This document shows, piece by piece, positions 50,678-64,000 of a DNA stretch of 64,000 nucleotides. A model generated the notes under the pieces. It saw nothing but the letters and a program-made list of their open reading frames with translations, was not told where the DNA came from and did no database searches. The stretch is taken from the NCBI GenBank assembly GCA_964016885.1, contig OZ024742.1:105524001-105588000 (forward strand), given 5' to 3'. The DNA comes from Eledone cirrhosa (Eukaryota). The translations under genes were made by a program, and so were the position numbers. The stretch's first letter is position 1, and each line of letters begins with the position of its first letter.

Positions 50678-50822
50678 TATATTCGTGTACAGATTTTTTG
50701 CATACACAATAACAAAATATAAACATCCGTATTTATTTCACGAGGCTCGATAAGGATAAATATATATCAAATATATAAGAACCCTAGAGCAAATCCCGAG
50801 CAACGCCGGGCCATTCTGCTAG
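50116..50822 (+). mobile_element. Non-autonomous Helitron
   Basis: A|TC start, internal microsatellites, subterminal hairpin CCCGAGCAACGCCGGG, CTAG|T end, no TSD. Confidence 0.8.
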
Positions 50823-51274
50823 TATTTATCTAAAATCTTTCCATCATAATTTTATGTAAGAACCTGTCTTAACTTATGTTCCAAACACTAACTTAATAAT
50901 TGTTTCTACTATTGGCACAAGGCCAGCAATTACCCAGTACATTACTGGTACTTTATTTTATCGACCTCGTAAGGATGAAAAGCAAAGTTAACCTCGGCGG
51001 GATTTGAACTCAGAATGGCAAGCGCAATGACTTTAGGCACAAGTCCAGCAACTTTTGGTGGGAGAGGAAAGTTCATTATACATAATTGGTGTTTTATCAC
51101 TCCCAGAAAGAAGAACGGCAAAATTGACCGCGACGGCATTTGAACTCAGAACGAGAAGAGTCTTTGCCCGACGATCAAGCGACTCTGCTAAGAAACACCA
51201 ACTTAATGAGAAAGTTAGTTACGTTATTAAATCTCTCCAAATTATTGATCTTTTTTCAAAATTATTAGAAAATC

Positions 51275-51463
51275 ACAGGTTGTCTTTCATTAGAAATATG
51301 GTAACGAAAAGGTTAAAACAAATCCTACACTCCTTTCATCTATCTCTATCACGCCAAAACATTTTACACGTATTCCTTTCCCTCTGTTAGACTTTGTTCG
51401 TCTCATTTAACTTCTTCACTATAAACACGTCTTTCATTAGAAATATGGTAACGAAAGAGTTAA
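51275..51463. mobile_element. TTAA-flanked (piggyBac-like) MITE ends
   Basis: TCTTTCATTAGAAATATGGTAACGAAA(G)GGTTAA twice here, and also at about 9532-9562 and 55569-55602; only one end is recognisable. Confidence 0.5.
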
Positions 51464-53024
51464 AACTAGAAGGCCTCGTCTCAATTTTTCTAGCCTGAGT
51501 TACGTGTAAAAAAGCTCTGCTTTAACTGCATTATAAATCTGCGAAAGAGTTATATGTCATTTTGTCTTTAATCAGACAGCAAATACGTAACGGTATTTTT
51601 CAGCAGCCATAATATCTGCTAACTTATTTTCGTCGGACAAATTAAGTTTACGAATGTCATGTCGTCATGTCACAACTGAAAACGTGTAAGCTTCCACGAT
51701 ACTCAGACCTTCGTAAAACTGCTTAGCTCTATCAATAACTATTAGCCCCTAAAATCGGTGTACCCGCGGTTCTCTTAACTCTTAACATCATGAACTGCAT
51801 GAAACTGCACTAGTAAGACATATGGGAAACAAAAACAGTACTATGACTGCAATGTATTAGTTTTGAAAGTTTTGATTTTTGTTTAATGTTTGTCGCACAA
51901 CACCTTTGTTAAGGATCTCCATCAGTTTCGATAACGAGTGTTCCAGCTGTTTGATCAACGGAACAAATTAACATGCACACCACTAATGCAATTTTCAGAG
52001 ATACCCAGCGTGGGACGAGGCTGGCCTCTTGAATTACAGATACAACTCATTTTCACCAGCCGAGTGGACTGGAACAACTTGAAATAAAGTGTGATACTCA
52101 AGGACACAACGACCGTGAGTCGAACACTAACTAAGAAGCCATGCACCTTTATAATCAACGTCTTTACTTCTGTTCGAATCAGCCTTGTTGAAGAACCTGT
52201 GTTATATTCACACATGATAACGTTCCAATTTTCATTCTTTTTTAAACGCTGTATTATTTCAACACGTTACACAACACATTGTTTTACGGACGGAATACAT
52301 AATATTCACTTTCTTCACTTACAAAGCGCTAGGCAGGGAGATCGAACCTGGGAGCTAATGATTGCGAAACGAAATATTTAACCATTCGGCCAGACCATAT
52401 CTACCGTTAATTTTATACAATGTATTTTATTTTTTTGTTTTACTAATTTCAGTTATTTGACTGACTTCAGTACTTATCTTTTCAAGTCTGGGACTTGTAA
52501 GCTCTTCCCAATGCATGAAAAACTCACTTAATCTTTAACTCTACAAAATACTTCAGCAATGCTGGTAGAGTCACTGCCTCCGTCTCTCTCGCTCTCCCCA
52601 TCTCTCACTATTATAAGCAAATGGGGACCCATGCACCGGCTGTCCCGCGTTCCCGGCGGACAGAATAGAGAAAGCATTTCCCCAGAGGATGGTGAGGGGA
52701 AAACGGGTTCATTCCCTTTTTTGTAGACTTGATAAGTTACTGGACATAAGCACAGGCACGAATGTAAACACACTCTTTCATACACATACATATGTATGTG
52801 TGTATATGTATATATATATGTTTGTATTATATATATAAACCAAACAGGGTGTGGCAAGATACCAAGTGGACCATAACGCACCAGAGTACTCAAAACTTAG
52901 GGTAGTCAAGTGGGTAATAGGAAGAGAGTCAGGACCCCGACGGCTGAGCTCCGGCCGTTTCGACATCTAGATCCGAACTGTTCGGGATCCTGACTCTCTT
53001 CATATATATATATATATATATATG

Positions 53025-53440
53025 TAATAATTGTTTCTACTTTTGGCACAAGGCCAGCAATTACCCAGTGTATTACTGGTACTTTATTTTATCGACCCCG
53101 TAAGGATGAAAGGCAAAGTTAACCTCGGCGAGATTTGAACTCAGAATGGCAAGGGCCGTAACTTTATGCGTCAAAGCATGGTGTCCGACCCTCTACCGAT
53201 ACTGCCAATCCACCGCCCCTTGCCAATCTAATAATAATAATAATAATTGTTTCTACTTTAGGCACAAGGCCAGCAATTTGAAGGGTTGGGGAAAGTCGAT
53301 TAAATCAACACCAGTGCTTACTGGTGTTTTATTTTATTGACCCCGTAAGGATGAAAGGCAAAGCTAACCTCGGCGGGATAAGACCTCAGAACGTAAAGGG
53401 CCCTAACTCTGTGCTGCAAAGCATGTTGTCTGACGCTAAT
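53025..53440 (-). mobile_element. Two head-to-tail SINE copies
   Basis: 53025-53218 and 53229-53440, joined through an (AAT)n tail. Confidence 0.85.
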
Positions 53441-53825
53441 AATATGTAATTCAGAAAAAGAAGAAAGGCGGCGGGGGATGAGGACCTTGTAATTCATAGA
53501 TTTATGGTGGATATGGAAATATAATGTCTTAGAAAGACCTGCTTTAGAAAAACTTGGTTTAAAAAGATCAGCTTTAGAAAGACCTGGTTTCGAAAAGCTT
53601 GGTTTAGAAGGACAAACCTAGTTATATTCCCTTTCTTTACTTCTCCTATGTTGCTCATCTCTCGGTGTCGAGCTTCTACGTTGTTACTTGACACAATAGA
53701 AACAGAAGCTATAACTTCTTTATATCACACACTACTAGGAAGGAAAGACACTTTCAATAATGTAGTCTTAGATAAACTATGTATGTTAAAAAAACATCGT
53801 AGGATTGTTGCTGGAATGTCTTTGA

Positions 53826-53878
<53 letters not shown>

Positions 53879-55112
53879 CAGACACACACACTAATAAAAG
53901 TAGAGTTTACCCAGAAGATTAACAGATGTAAGAAAGGAAGGCCCGAATTATGTTACGAATGTAAAGGTTCGTTAGTTCTAAACTGAGAGCAACAGTTAAT
54001 ATGTCATACTCATTCACACGTTTCCACGCAAACATGTGAATGAGTATGTGCTATGGCATTCAGAAAGTTGTAAATTTTCACAGGAATGAAGAACAAATCC
54101 CAGCTGAGCCCTATGTGAGGTATCGTCGTATCTGTAGGTTGAAAAAAAATCTGAAATACCATAATAACTTTTACCAAACGCACGATTACATAAGAAGCTA
54201 TCGTTATTCAGCGGCGAATTACATTAACTGTAATATACAAGGCGTGTGCAGTGAATTGGCAGAGACATCAGAACGTCGAATACAATACGTTGGGTATATT
54301 CATTCCAACTGTGTGTTCTCTGAGTTCAAATTCCGCCGAAGTCATCTTTATTTTTCATCCTTTCGAGATCTTTTTCTATAACTCACTTTCTCTCTCTCTC
54401 TCTCTTTCACTTTCTATCCTATTCTTTCTTTCTTTCTCTTCCTTCTTTCTCTCTCTATCTCCCACCTCCCCCTCTCTGCTTCTCTGGGAGAAATCGGCTG
54501 TGTTGAGACTTGGAGAAGAGATAGGCTTCACCAGGTTTAATGTGCCTCAGACACACCTTATGTCACGATACGATAGCATTCCCACGACTTTGTCAGGACA
54601 TATGAGTCCATACATACAATGAACAAGTTGTGCTGGCATTTCTTGAATCCCTTTGTATTAAACCGCCTGAATGCGGCCATGGTTTTTACAATACTAAGTT
54701 AATAATTTTAAAGTATTTTTATCGGAAAGTTGATTATACACACTTCACTACTTTACTGATACTTTATTTTATCGACCGCGAAAGGATAAAAAGCAATGTT
54801 GATCTTGGTGTGATTTGAATTCAGAACATAAATAGATGGAATAACTACTGCTAAATATGTGTGTATTATGTGTCGAGGTTGACTTTGCCTTTCATCCTTA
54901 CGGGGTCGATAAAATAAAGTACCAGTAATGCACTGGGTAATTGCTGGCCTTGTGCCTAAAGTAGAAACAATTATGTGTTGGAACTGTCTTCACACAATAC
55001 AACAGTCTTTTTACAAGACAAATTTTCATTTTTTATTTTTCAATTTTTCAATTTGCTATTCTCTTTTCTCTATCTTCCATGATAAGTATGGGTTCTACGT
55101 AACCCTGTTTTG

Positions 55113-55212
55113 TAATTCTGTCGATGTCATCTGATGAGACCGTCCTGCCTTGCATCATAAATGGATGATGGAGCTGGGCCATTGAAATATGTATAGAGAT
55201 TTCACGGAATTA
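55113..55212 (+). ncRNA. Degenerate type I hammerhead-like motif
   Basis: CTGATGA G...GAAA TATG TA core; long imperfect stem II (CATCAT/ATGATG); outer stem AATTCTGT/ACGGAATT. Confidence 0.4.
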
Positions 55213-55245
55213 AAACTTACAGCATATCATCCAGTCCGGCCTTCT

Positions 55246-55306
<61 letters not shown>

Positions 55307-56417
55307 AAAAGATTCAGAACCACCCCGACGGCTGAGTTCCGGCCATTTCGACAGCTAAATCCGAACTCTGGTGCGTTATGGTCCACCTGGTCTCTAACCA
55401 CACTTTCTTTGTTATATATATATATATATATACGTGATCAGGTTTCACGGTGCCCTATAATTCAGGTGCTAAGTATTTGTCCAACGCTCTAACGACTCCG
55501 ACCTTACGCCAGCTTAATAATGAAAAAGTTCGTTAAAGTTGAAAATTATTTGAAAATCACAGGAAGTGTCTTTCATTATAAATATAGTAACGAAAGGGTT
55601 AAAAAATGATTCGTTCAAATCATGTAATGAGGGAAATATTTACTGCACGGCGGGTGGGATAGGATGGTTGGAATCATGTTTCAAGTATTTCTACTAAAAT
55701 ATGTGACCTTTAATAATGTCTTTCTGATTAAAAAGTTCATTTTATAACCACGTTATTTGTGTTCATTCTTACAGCACAGCTTCTATTATAGCTTCAGGTC
55801 GATTTGGGGCTTGTAAAGGAAATTGCGTAGACGGAAACTATGTGGAAGCCTGTTGGGTGGTATTTATCTTAGACCTGTCAACTCTCCTCGTCCGACGGGG
55901 AGATCTTCTACCCACTTTGGAGTGGGTGAGAGATGTCTTCTCTTTTGAAAATGGATACAGCTTTCATTATTTTAAATCTCCCCATTTTGCCTCATTTATC
56001 CCCGTTTCGGGGCATGTTTTCTCATGGTACTCCCCGTTTGGGTTTTTAGAGGTTGTCAGGTCAGTTATCTGTAGCTGCTTTGAGAGGGGAACGTTAATCT
56101 GTCACTCTGTTTAACTCTCCTGCTGGCCCTCTGAGAATCTTTAACAGAGCTCACTCTGTTGTAAGCATTCAGAGCAAGTCTTTGCTCTGGAGATAACTTT
56201 AACTCGGGAGAGAGCTGCCTACTGCAGCAACCAAAAGTCGGGGGGACTGTGGAGTCTCTAAGGTGTTGCTCTTCTGGCTCTGGTTAAGTCATAATAAATA
56301 TATTAACAAATAACGACAAATATTTCGGAATTATATTTGTTTGGCAAGTAATTTGATTTGAGATCTTGTGTTGAAACTGAAGCAATAACACGGAATTAAA
56401 GCCACCCAACCACACGG

Positions 56418-56629
<212 letters not shown>

Positions 56630-57008
56630 TGTTGGATCTCCGTCGTTTCCGGCGATGAGTGCTTCAGGTGATTAAATCAACAGAACTGCCTGCTCGTGAA
56701 ATTAACTTTTAAGTGGACGAGAGTTCTTCAAACGTGTGCAATGTTAACGTAGTTCTCCGGGAATTCAACGTGAAACAATGTGTGACAAGGCTGGCCGCTT
56801 GAATTACTGGTACAACTCATTTTGACCAGCTGAGCGGACTTAAACATCGTTAAATAAAGTGTTTTGTTCAAGGACTCAATCATACTCACGATTTTACGAT
56901 TGTGAGCCGATCACTGACCACTAAGACACACACGTTTCTCTCTGTTGCCCCCCCCTCTCTCTCAGACGCAGTCACACACACTCACACAAGCTGTTATATA
57001 AACTTTTT

Positions 57009-57712
57009 AATTGCTGGCCTTGTGCCAAAACTAGAAACAATTATTATTAATGGATTGGCAGTATCAGTAGAAGGTCGGACACCATGCTTTGCAGCATACA
57101 GTTACGGCCCTTTATGTTCAGAGTTCAAATCCCGCCGAGGTTAACTTTGCTTTTCATCCTTACGGGATCGATAGAATAAAGTACCAGTAATACAATGGGT
57201 AATTTGCTGGCCTTGTGCCAAAAGTAGAAACAATTATTATTAATATCGTGGTGAAGGGTGGTGAATTGGTAGTACCGGTAGAGCGTCGGACACCATGCTT
57301 TGCAGCATAGAGTTACGTCCCTTTACGATCTGAGTTCAAATCCCGCCGAGGTTAGCTTTGCCTTTCATCCTTACGGGGTCGATAAAATAAAGTACCAGTC
57401 ACGCACTGGGGTCGATTTAATTGACTTTCCCCTCCCCCTTCAAATTGCTGGCCTTGTGCCTAAAGTAGAAACAATTATCATTATCGTGGTGTGAGTGTGG
57501 TAGATTAGTAGAGCCAGTAGAGCGTCGGTGAAAATATTTTGCGACATTTAATGCGAGTCTTTACGTTCTAAGTTTAAACCCTTCCGCTGTCAACTTTGCC
57601 TTTCATCCTTCAGAGATCGATAAAATAAACTACCAATCTCGTACTGGAATCGATGCAATTGACTTTACCCTCTCTACATATTGTTGGCTTTGTTTCCAAA
57701 TTAGAACTCGTT
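57009..57712 (+). mobile_element. Head-to-tail chain of SINE copies
   Basis: A tail at 57009-57048, then copies at about 57050-57242, 57256-57480 and an older one at 57490-57712, each starting just after the previous ATT tail. Confidence 0.85.
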
Positions 57713-58182
57713 ATGTGGAGATTTTCGTCGCATTCTTTGCAACTTGGTCATTATCCCGAAGAGGTGTGTCAGCGACCAGGTTGCAAAGAGTGCGCTGAAA
57801 ATACTAACACGATGAAATAAATGAAAAGTGAATATAATTGTTTCTACTTTTTTGGCACAAGGCCAGCAATTAGCCAGTGAATATAATGAGAGTATCTTGG
57901 TCAGCCTATCAACATTTCAGCCAACCCTTAATTGTAATTACAACCAAAATGTACACAATGAAATTAATGAATGTTTTTGGTAAATGCATGAACATCACAA
58001 CTTCCATTTCCTCTCTTTTATCAAAACATCAGGTCTTGTGCTTATGAAAGGAACCCATTAATATTTAGGTTTCTATGTCACCCGATTATTTATAATGTCA
58101 GTTCGGGTTAACTATGAGAAAGTTGCCCCGTTCTCCTCAAACCTATCTGTCTCTCCCTCTTTTTCTTTCCCCTCACACACTC

Positions 58183-58547
<365 letters not shown>

Positions 58548-59102
58548 TTTCTGTCTGTAGAATATGGTATAGGATACTGGTTGACAGTACCCCTCTATGG
58601 GGTTTTGTGGCACCAATGGTGATGGTGATGGCGGTGGTGGTGGCAGGCGGATGGATGGGTGGGATGTGGAAAGGGGGGAGAGCAGTAAACCGGAACTAAA
58701 TAAAAGGAGATAATTGCATCCGTGGTTATCTGACTATATAGACACAATAGCGCCATGATATAACGGATCTTGTGATGAGAGAGGCAGGGAGAGGCAGGGA
58801 GAGGCAGGGAGAGGCAGTTGCTGCTGCTGCTGCTGCTGCTGACGGGCATGATGATTGCAGTGATCATGATGAGGATAGTAATAATTGTTTCTACTTTTGT
58901 GGCACAAGGCCAGCAATTAACCCAGTACATGACTGGTACTTTATTGTATCGACCCCCGTAAGGATGAAAGGCAAAGTTAACCTCGGCGGGAGTTGAACTC
59001 AGAATGGCAAGGGCCGTAACTCTATGCTAGAAAGCATGGCGTCCGACCCTCTACTGATACTGGCACTGCCAGTAATAATTATGATGGAAATGTAGTTTGT
59101 AG

Positions 59103-59812
59103 AGGTGGTGGTGGTGGTGGTGGTGGTGTTGATGATGGTGGTGGTGGTGGTGGTGGTGGTGTTGATGATGGTGGTGGTGGTGGTGGTGGTGGTGGTGGTG
59201 GTGGTGTTGATGGTGGTGGTGGTGGTGGTGGTGGTGTTGATGATGGTGGTGGTGGTGGTGGTGGTGGTGTTGATGATGATGGTGGTGGTGATGGTGGTGG
59301 TGTTGGTGGTGGTGATGATGATGACGATGATGGTGGTGGTGTTGATAATGGTGGTGGTGGTAGTGGTGGTGATGATGATGACGATGATGGTGGTGGTGTT
59401 GATGATGATGGTGGTGGTGGTGGTGGTGGTGTTGATGATGATCGTGGTGGTGGTGGTGTTGATGATGGTGGTGGTGGTGTTGATGATGATGTTGATGATG
59501 ATGGTGGTGGTGGTGTTGATGATGATGTTGATGCTGATATTCATGAAGGGGGGGGGGGGCGGCGTAGATGTCGTGATGGTGATGTCGATGATGGTGTTGG
59601 TGTTTATGATGGTGTTGATGCTGAATTTGATGGGGGGGGGGCGTAGATTTGGTGATGTTGATGTCGATGGTGGTGGTGGTGGTGGTTTTGGTGGTGGTGG
59701 TGGTGTTGATGATGATGACGCTGATGATGGTGTTGATGGGGGTGGTAGATGAGGCGGTGATGATGAAGGTGATGGTGGTGGTGATGATGTTGATGTTCAT
59801 GGCGATAGTGAT
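59103..59812. repeat. (GGT/GAT/GTT)n trinucleotide block
   Basis: Read directly from the sequence. Confidence 0.97.
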
Positions 59813-59978
59813 GATATTTTCTTTTGTGCTTAAACCCGAAATTCTCATCTTTCGGAGCTACAACCGCCATCACCACCATCTTGTCACTGTCACCAACGGC
59901 ACTAACATTATCACTCTTACTATTACCGCCACCTAAACCATAAACACTACTAATATCACCACCATCTCCTTCATAATT

Positions 59979-60017
59979 ACCACCACCACCACCACCACCA
60001 CCACCACCACCACCACC

Positions 60018-60071
<54 letters not shown>

Positions 60072-60507
60072 GCAACAACAACACCACCACCAACAACACC
60101 ACCACCACCACCACCATCACCACAACTGCCATCACCACCATCACCACCAACATCATCATCACCACCACCACCACCACCACCACCACCACCACAACAACAA
60201 CAACAACAACAACAACATTACCACCACCACCACCACCAACACCACCACCACCACCACAACCGCCATCACCACCATCACCACCAACATCATCACCACCACC
60301 ACCACCACCACCACCACCACCACCACCACCACCACCACCACCACCACCACCACCACCACCACCAACACCACCACCACCACCAACACCAACAACACCACCA
60401 CCACCACCACCACCACCACCACCACCACCACCACCACCACCACCACCACCACCACCACCACCACCAACACCACCACCACCACCAACACCATCAACACCAC
60501 CACCGCC
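59979..60507. repeat. (CAC/CAA/CAT)n trinucleotide block
   Basis: Read directly; opposite polarity to 59103-59812. Confidence 0.97.
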
Positions 60508-60585
60508 AACTTCTTGTCCCACTAAATATTCTCACCTTCATTTTTCCTTTGCTGCCTGACAATTAGTTTTTCTAACTTCTGGTTT

Positions 60586-60650
<65 letters not shown>

Positions 60651-61134
60651 CACACTCACACACTTACACACACACACATCACACACACACACACACACAC
60701 ACTCACAAATACATGCACACATACCCGTGCATACACATACGCGTACATACACACACACACATCTGTGTGTACGTGTATGTGTATGTGTGTGTGCATGTGT
60801 AAACGTGTATATGTGTGTATATGTGTATATATTTGTAGGTGTGTATATGTGTATTTGTATGTATATATGTGTGTATGTGTGTATGTGTGTGTGTGTATAT
60901 ATTTGTGTATGTCTGTGTATATATGTGTGTAGATGTGTGTATGTGTCTGTGTATATGTTTGTAAGTGTGTATATGTGTGTGTATATGTGTGTGAATGTGT
61001 GCATATGTGTGTATATGTGTGTATATGTGTGTATATGTGTGTATATGTTTATATATATTCATCAGTTTGTTCTTTGATGATATGTCGTACTTAAAAATAG
61101 TTTTGTTCTATGTATAATTTGACCCACACAGATA

Positions 61135-61172
<38 letters not shown>

Positions 61173-61335
61173 GGCACATACACACACACAGACACAGACA
61201 CAAAGACTCACAGGCACAGACATATGAAGACACAGATAGAGACACACATACAGGCACATATGGATACACACACAGACAACCACACACACACACATGAACA
61301 CAGAGAGACACATATACATACACATATGGACACAT
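60586..61335. repeat. Alternating CA-rich / TG-rich / CA-rich low-complexity blocks
   Basis: CA-rich 60586-60761, TG-rich 60764-61047, CA-rich 61125-61335. Confidence 0.95.
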
Positions 61336-61358
61336 ATATATTTGTCTGTATGTGTCAA

Positions 61359-61816
61359 TCTTAACTATAATAAAGAAAGGAGTGCGGGACTGCGCCCAGA
61401 ATATATTACTTTGAATAAATAATGAATGAATATTAAATAATTTATCTACTAAATTTCATAATTCTTGATTAAATATAAATCATTTTATTGCTTATTTTAA
61501 GATTCACTTCTTTAAAATTTACAAATGTCAACACTTCCGGTTAGCAATCGCTTATATAAACATTCATATATTTCCGTCACTAATTTTTTTCCTAATGCAG
61601 TTTATATATAATATCGTCTTTTTTTAATGTACCATGTATTGTGTTACTGATTACTTAAGAGAGTGTAACACAGTCTTCGTTCAATTTCTGTGTATATTGT
61701 CAATTACGATTTCATTTGATGTATCATATCTATATGTATATATATTTGCGTATAATATCAATATTCACACTACACATGCTAGCAGAAAACCACCCGAAGG
61801 GTGGTTTTTCTGCTAG
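61359..61816 (+). mobile_element. Non-autonomous Helitron-like element
   Basis: A|TCTTAACTATAATAAAG start; CCACCC-GAA-GGGTGG hairpin; TTCTGCTAG|T end. Confidence 0.65.
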
Positions 61817-62337
61817 TATGTATAACATACTTACACACACTCATAATAATAAATGTATATACTTATAACGTTGAAAGAGATAGAAGGCCAAACAATGCAA
61901 AATGAACTATAAGATGAGGTAACGAAAAGTAAGTTACCTGGTAATCTTTGTTTTGTTGTTGTTCTTTTATCTGTCCAATATTTCTAAACCTAAAAGTCCC
62001 TTCATCAGGGTTTAAGGAACTTTCAGTGGATAATGTTCCAATTTCCTCTCTTTGGGAAAAAATTTTGATTTTGATTAACATTTTTTCTAAGTCTTTTTTC
62101 AAGCGACTTACGTATTCACATGTATGTGTGTGTATTATACTTCGTTTCTGTGAATAAGAAAGAATCCAGTTGCTAAACTAACTGAGGAATGGATAAGTTG
62201 ATAATTTCTAATTTAGGCACAAGGCCAACAACTTGAGGGAGGGAAATGTCAATTAAATAGTCCACAGTTCGTGACAAGTAGTTTAATTTATCGAGTGGTT
62301 TTTATTGGCAACATGAACCCACTCTTAAAGTATAACA

Positions 62338-62382
<45 letters not shown>

Positions 62383-62429
62383 TAGAGATAGAGAGAGAGA
62401 AAGAGGGGGGAGAGGGAGGGAGAGAGAGA

Positions 62430-64000
62430 GGGGTAAAATTCCGAATACGGCACCAAGCGATTTTAGGGGTCGTGATTTAACCTATCTCTAAATCCACTCC
62501 GCATCTCCCCATGTATTGAGTACTCCATGATTAGTGGTCTCCCTGTTTCCAGCACCACAGGCTCTCCCCACCCCCTCTCAGGGTCAGGGTGGGAGTGATC
62601 AATGTGCAACTCTGGCCATGACAATAATGACAATGACAACAACTTCAAGAACCATAACACTTTTAAAAGAAAATACTGTCTTTGGGACATGGAAAATCCG
62701 TACTTTATATGCTCGTAGAAGGACAAAAGAACTTATATATAAACTTGCCAGATACACATGGTATATCTTAGGGTTGGCTGAAATCAGGTGGACTGGATTT
62801 GGTGAGACAACTACAGATGAAGGCCACAAACTGTGGTACAGGGGTGATGACATCAAGTACGAACATGGAGTAGGTTTCATCGTTAACAAAACCAAACTGA
62901 GCTCAGTCATCAGCTGTACACCAGTAATCAGAAGAATCATCACCATGCGTGTGACTGAAAGATCACAGAACATTACCACTATACAAGTATATGCGCAAAC
63001 GCTCGATTATGACGATGATGCTGTTGAAGAGTTCTATGGGGTCCTGGAGAAAATCATCAAGACGGCTCCTAAAAACATTCTAATCGTTTTAGAAGATTGG
63101 AATGCCAAAGTAGGCTCGGGTGCATGTGACCAATGGGCTAGGACAATGGGACGATTTGGGATTAGAGAAACAAAAATTGTAGACTTCGCCTCCTAGAATT
63201 TGCTAGCGCCCACAAACTGACCTTAGTCAGCGCACTGTTTCCACACAATACCTCACGGAGAATAACATGACATACACCCAATTGCAGGACTCACAACCAA
63301 ATTGACTTCATCCTCGCACCTCAAAAGTTCAAGTCCAGTATCAATAAGGCCAGGACTAGGACCTTCCCTGGTGCAGATGCCAACAGTGATCATAATTTGG
63401 TTTTGATGACATTAAAGTTTAAACTGAAAAAGATTAATAAAAAGGGAAAAACATGTATCAAGATTGATGTAGAGATCATAAGGTTGCATCAATGTTTGAG
63501 GCGAACGTAGGTGGCAGGTTTGCAACCCTCAAAGATATTAACTCCTTAACCGACAACATCAAGGAAGCACTTCACGAAATAGCTTTAGAAGTGGTGGGGA
63601 GAAAGAGAAGAATAAAGAAACCATGGGTCACTGATGATATCGTAATCTAAGTGATTTAAGACTTGACTTGAGGAAGAACAAGCTAACAGATCAGAAGGCA
63701 AGGCAGCAATATAACGCTGTGAATAGGAAGGTCAGGAAGAAAATGAAGGAAGCCAAAGAGAACTGGATATCAGAAGAGTGCAAAAAACATCGAAGCTGGA
63801 ATAAAAAGGGCAACAGCAAAGCTGCTTATGAAACTTCAAAATGCTAATAAAAAGAAAGCAACCCCTCCGCCACTGTCATCGAGGACAAAACTGGCTTGTC
63901 CTCAAAGACGAAACCGATGTCATCAAAAGGTGGTCTGAGTATTGCGAATACCTGTATAACCACAAAGAAACCAATAAGATCAAAGAAATTGAGGATATTC
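62430..64000 (+). mobile_element. RTE-clade LINE 5' part (APE endonuclease), degenerate, runs off the window
   Basis: GTWKIRTL, ILGLAEIRWTG, GVGF, IQVYA, DWNAKVG, HNQIDFIL and SDH; begins after a (GA)n tract. Confidence 0.88.

Noticed and set aside
62430-62540. HDV-like ribozyme at the RTE 5' end
   Set aside because: CCACT/AGTGG could be P2, but I could not build P3, L3 or P1.1, so it is unsupported without a consensus.

Overview
AT-rich, repeat-dense animal genomic DNA; the SINE, LINE and microsatellite content suggests an octopus or other coleoid cephalopod (inference). There is one host gene: a five-coding-exon SKA1 (spindle and kinetochore-associated 1) on +, 2374-11434, 276 aa when spliced. 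The rest is nested mobile DNA: a ~19 kb head-to-tail array of Tx1-like non-LTR retrotransposons joined by (ATT)n; R4/Dong-like, RTE and CRE-like LINE relics; a Penelope-like element with a hammerhead-like motif, interrupted by a hAT transposon; non-autonomous Helitrons; four LTR-like inserts with TGTAG...TAAA ends; many copies of a tRNA-derived SINE; and long microsatellites. The best leads are (1) an (ATT)n-associated Tx1 family whose 3' terminus resembles the 3' tail of the dominant SINE, (2) LTR-like elements with a non-CA end, one carrying an over-long tRNA-Trp copy, (3) nested fold-back duplications around a hAT-bounded block, and (4) several hammerhead-like motifs. All family assignments come from motif recognition by eye; no database search was run. 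Most ORFs in the supplied track are spurious.
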